Shown piece after piece: positions 61,698 through 64,000 of a stretch of DNA of 64,000 bases. This stretch comes from an uncultured candidate division Zixibacteria bacterium. Lineage in GTDB: Bacteria > Zixibacteria > MSB-5A5 > UBA10806. The translations under genes were made by a program, and so were the position numbers. The notes beneath the pieces were generated by a model, which did not search any database, was not told the DNA's origin, and saw nothing but the letters and a program-made list of their open reading frames with translations. Every line of letters begins with the position of its first letter. The stretch's first letter is position 1. The stretch is from assembly GCA_963801605.1 (NCBI GenBank), contig CAWDFP010000006.1:1600001-1664000 (forward strand), read 5' to 3'.

Positions 61698-62885
61698 TTA
61701 TTTAGATTGCTTGCCTTGTTTTTTAAACCAGGCCGATATTTCGCTAATGGCACTGATGGCCTTATCTACATGCTCCTCGGTATTAAATGCCCCTATAGAA
61801 AAGCGTACAGCGCCATGCTTTTTGGCTATCCCAAGCTGGGTATGAACCAGAGGAGCGCAATGCAGGCCGGTTCTGGTAGCTATATTATAATTGGCATCAA
61901 GCCAGGTGCCGACGTTGCCGGCATCCATGCCATCGATATTCATAGCTACCGTGGAAAGATGATTTTCCAGGCTGTCGGCACAATAGGTGATGACTCCGTC
62001 AATCTTTTTGAATCCATCGACTAACTTTTTAGCTAAGCCGATCTCATGTTTATAAATATTATCTAAGCCAGTATTATCGATCCATTCCTGGCCGGCCGAA
62101 AGCGCCGCTACGCCAACCATATTAGGCGTGCCAAATTCCATCCGGTAGGGGTAACGTTCCAGATGGTAGGGATAGAGCGAATCAACACCTGTCCCGCCGG
62201 CGCGGGTTTGACGGAGTTCCACATTCTTGCGAACACAAAGCCCGCCGATCCCCATACATCCCATAAGCGCTTTATGCCCGGTGAAAGCCAGGACATCGAT
62301 ATTCATTTCCTGCATATTTATCGGCACCACTCCGGCGGTTTGGGATGAGTCAATTGCGAAAAGGATTCCCCTTTCCTTGCAGATTGCGCCGATTTCCTTT
62401 ACGGGTTGAACTGTTCCAATGACATTGGAACCGTGATTAACGATTACCAGCCTAGTATTGCCCTTGATGGCTTTTTTAACGGAATCAGGATCAATAAAAC
62501 CGTCGCTTTCGAATGGCAGATAGGTGGCCTCGACACCGCCGTCGCGGACCAGATGATTGATCGGTCTGATAACGGAGTTATGTTCGAGATTTGTGGTGAT
62601 TACATGATCGCCGGAGGAGAGGGCGCCGAAAATAATCAAATTGAGAGCGTCGGTGGCATTATAACCGAAACAAAGACGCTCCGGCATATCCTGATCGCCG
62701 CCGAAAAATTTAGTGAGCTTTTTGCGCAATTCCTCCAAAGTGTTTCCGGCTTCAATACAAAGATCAAATCCGCTCCGTCCGGGATTGACTCCGAATTGAC
62801 GGTAGAAATCGACCATATATTTGTAAACATTTTCGGGTTTAGGCCAGGCCGTGGCCGCGTTATCGAGGTAAATTAGGTTTTCCAT
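61698..62885 (-). CDS. Aminotransferase class V, cysteine desulfurase family
   Basis: YLDNAAT, EHNSV, DSSQTAG, TGHK, RTGLHCAP, RFS; start at ATG 62885. Confidence 0.92.
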   Translation of the reverse strand: MENLIYLDNAATAWPKPENVYKYMVDFYRQFGVNPGRSGFDLCIEAGNTLEELRKKLTKFFGGDQDMPERLCFGYNATDALNLIIFGALSSGDHVITTNLEHNSVIRPINHLVRDGGVEATYLPFESDGFIDPDSVKKAIKGNTRLVIVNHGSNVIGTVQPVKEIGAICKERGILFAIDSSQTAGVVPINMQEMNIDVLAFTGHKALMGCMGIGGLCVRKNVELRQTRAGGTGVDSLYPYHLERYPYRMEFGTPNMVGVAALSAGQEWIDNTGLDNIYKHEIGLAKKLVDGFKKIDGVITYCADSLENHLSTVAMNIDGMDAGNVGTWLDANYNIATRTGLHCAPLVHTQLGIAKKHGAVRFSIGAFNTEEHVDKAISAISEISAWFKKQGKQSK

Positions 62886-63118
62886 TTTCCACTCCGCACA
62901 CCAAAATGTCATCAAAAACGAGCAATAATCATTATCTCTTGTATAATGTAGCAAATGACGCAAAATTATGCAAGCATCCTATATTCTCTCCCGATCTTCG
63001 AATTTAAGATTGCTTTTTTAGGAAACTCAGTCCATAATTTGAGGTTTATTGCATGGTAATTCGATTATTATTCGGCAACTCCGGCAATATAAGGAAACAG
63101 ATCGTGAACGAAAATCGA

Positions 63119-63971
63119 ATGCAAAAAAAATTGATATCTTTCAGTATTTTCGATAACAATATTGTGTTCGGTATTATGCGGTCAAACTACTCCAAATGCT
63201 CTTGCGCAGGTTAAACCATCTGCAGATCATAGTGTAATTATTGCTGCGTCCGCTACCGGTTCTGATAGTTCGTCACAGGTTTCCCAAAAGACGTTTTTAC
63301 GACGAGCCGCACCCTATATTGCTCTAACGGCGGCAGGCGGCCTCCTTTTTCCGCTCGACAGAGATATTAATAATCAGTTTTATAAAAGCCGCTGGCATAA
63401 TCACGCCGCCGATCATTTTTCGCGAGCTATCAGGCAGTATGGGATGGTGGGGCCTTACGCTATTACCATACCTATGTTTGCCGGTTATGGACTTCTTTTC
63501 AAAAACCAAAAAAGCTTGTATGTGGCCGGGGAGCTTGCAGGCGGGGCGATAATCGCCGGGGGAGTAACTGAGGTTATCAAAAAAACATTTGGACGGGAAA
63601 GGCCCTACGAAACATCCTCTCCATTCAAATTCTTTAAGGGAGGCTCCTCATTTTATTCGGGTCATTCTATTTCTGCCTGGACATTTGCCACGATTTTATC
63701 GAAAAATTATCCTCGTCAGGACCTGGGCTTTTTGGGAATTCATGATGAGGTTCCCTTGTTGCCTATAGTTACTTATACCGCGGCCGGGTTAGTCTGTATT
63801 CAGCGGCTCTACAGCCATAACCACTGGGCCTCGGATGTTTATTATGGGGCGCTGGCCGGGTATGGTACCGGCTCGCTGGTGGTACACCTGGGTAATAAAA
63901 TGCGGCAGCGTCGGTTGGGGCTGAGTTTCGATCATCCCGGAACGGTTCAGCTCTTCTATAGATTCAATTAG
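63119..63971 (+). CDS. PAP2 family phosphatase with N-terminal signal; start uncertain (probable indel near 63130)
   Basis: KKTFGRERP, SFYSGH, QRLYSHNHWASDV; TTGCTT-17-CATAAT promoter-like element at 63010-63038. Confidence 0.85.
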
Positions 63972-64000
63972 GTCACTCGATCCTTCTATATTAAGAATTC

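Overview
Gene-dense bacterial chromosome segment, almost entirely on the + strand. The protein families suggest an FCB-group lineage such as Zixibacteria (inference from FlgD/T9SS-type LSQNYPNPFNP C-terminal domains, a dockerin protein, and PorX/PorY homologues). Contents in order: an outer-membrane/lamin-tail gene trio; dgt; a roughly 2,800-aa multidomain S8 protease split by two indels; a degenerate RNase H-like protein; an M14 carboxypeptidase; tRNA-Ser(UGA); msrB; terB; a complete F1Fo ATP synthase operon; a dockerin/cohesin-like protein; rpmA; a degenerate ElbB homologue; two-subunit fumarase; sdhDCAB; GDPD, VOC, K+ channel, DMT and tmk; CtpA; a HAD-GNAT fusion; a surface-polysaccharide locus (GMP-PMM, Wza-like, Wzz-like, WbpB/D/E/I-like, deacetylase, gmhB, WecA-WcaJ fusion); serS; PorY/PorX-like two-component pair; tsaE-tsaB-rimI-accD-folC; tRNA-Arg(UCG); DinB; a class V aminotransferase; and a PAP2 protein. 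About 20 single-base frameshifts, several in essential genes, point to uncorrected long-read indel errors rather than pseudogenes. I saw no CRISPR array, integrase, transposase or rRNA. The best candidates for new biology are two. First, a gingipain-like but subtilase-based surface protease built from split FN3/Ig scaffolds with inserted passenger domains and a recurring putative self-cleavage motif. Second, a T9SS-type cargo, glycan-anchor and PorXY ensemble in a lineage that does not look like Bacteroidetes. All functional calls come from motif recognition by eye; no database searches were run.
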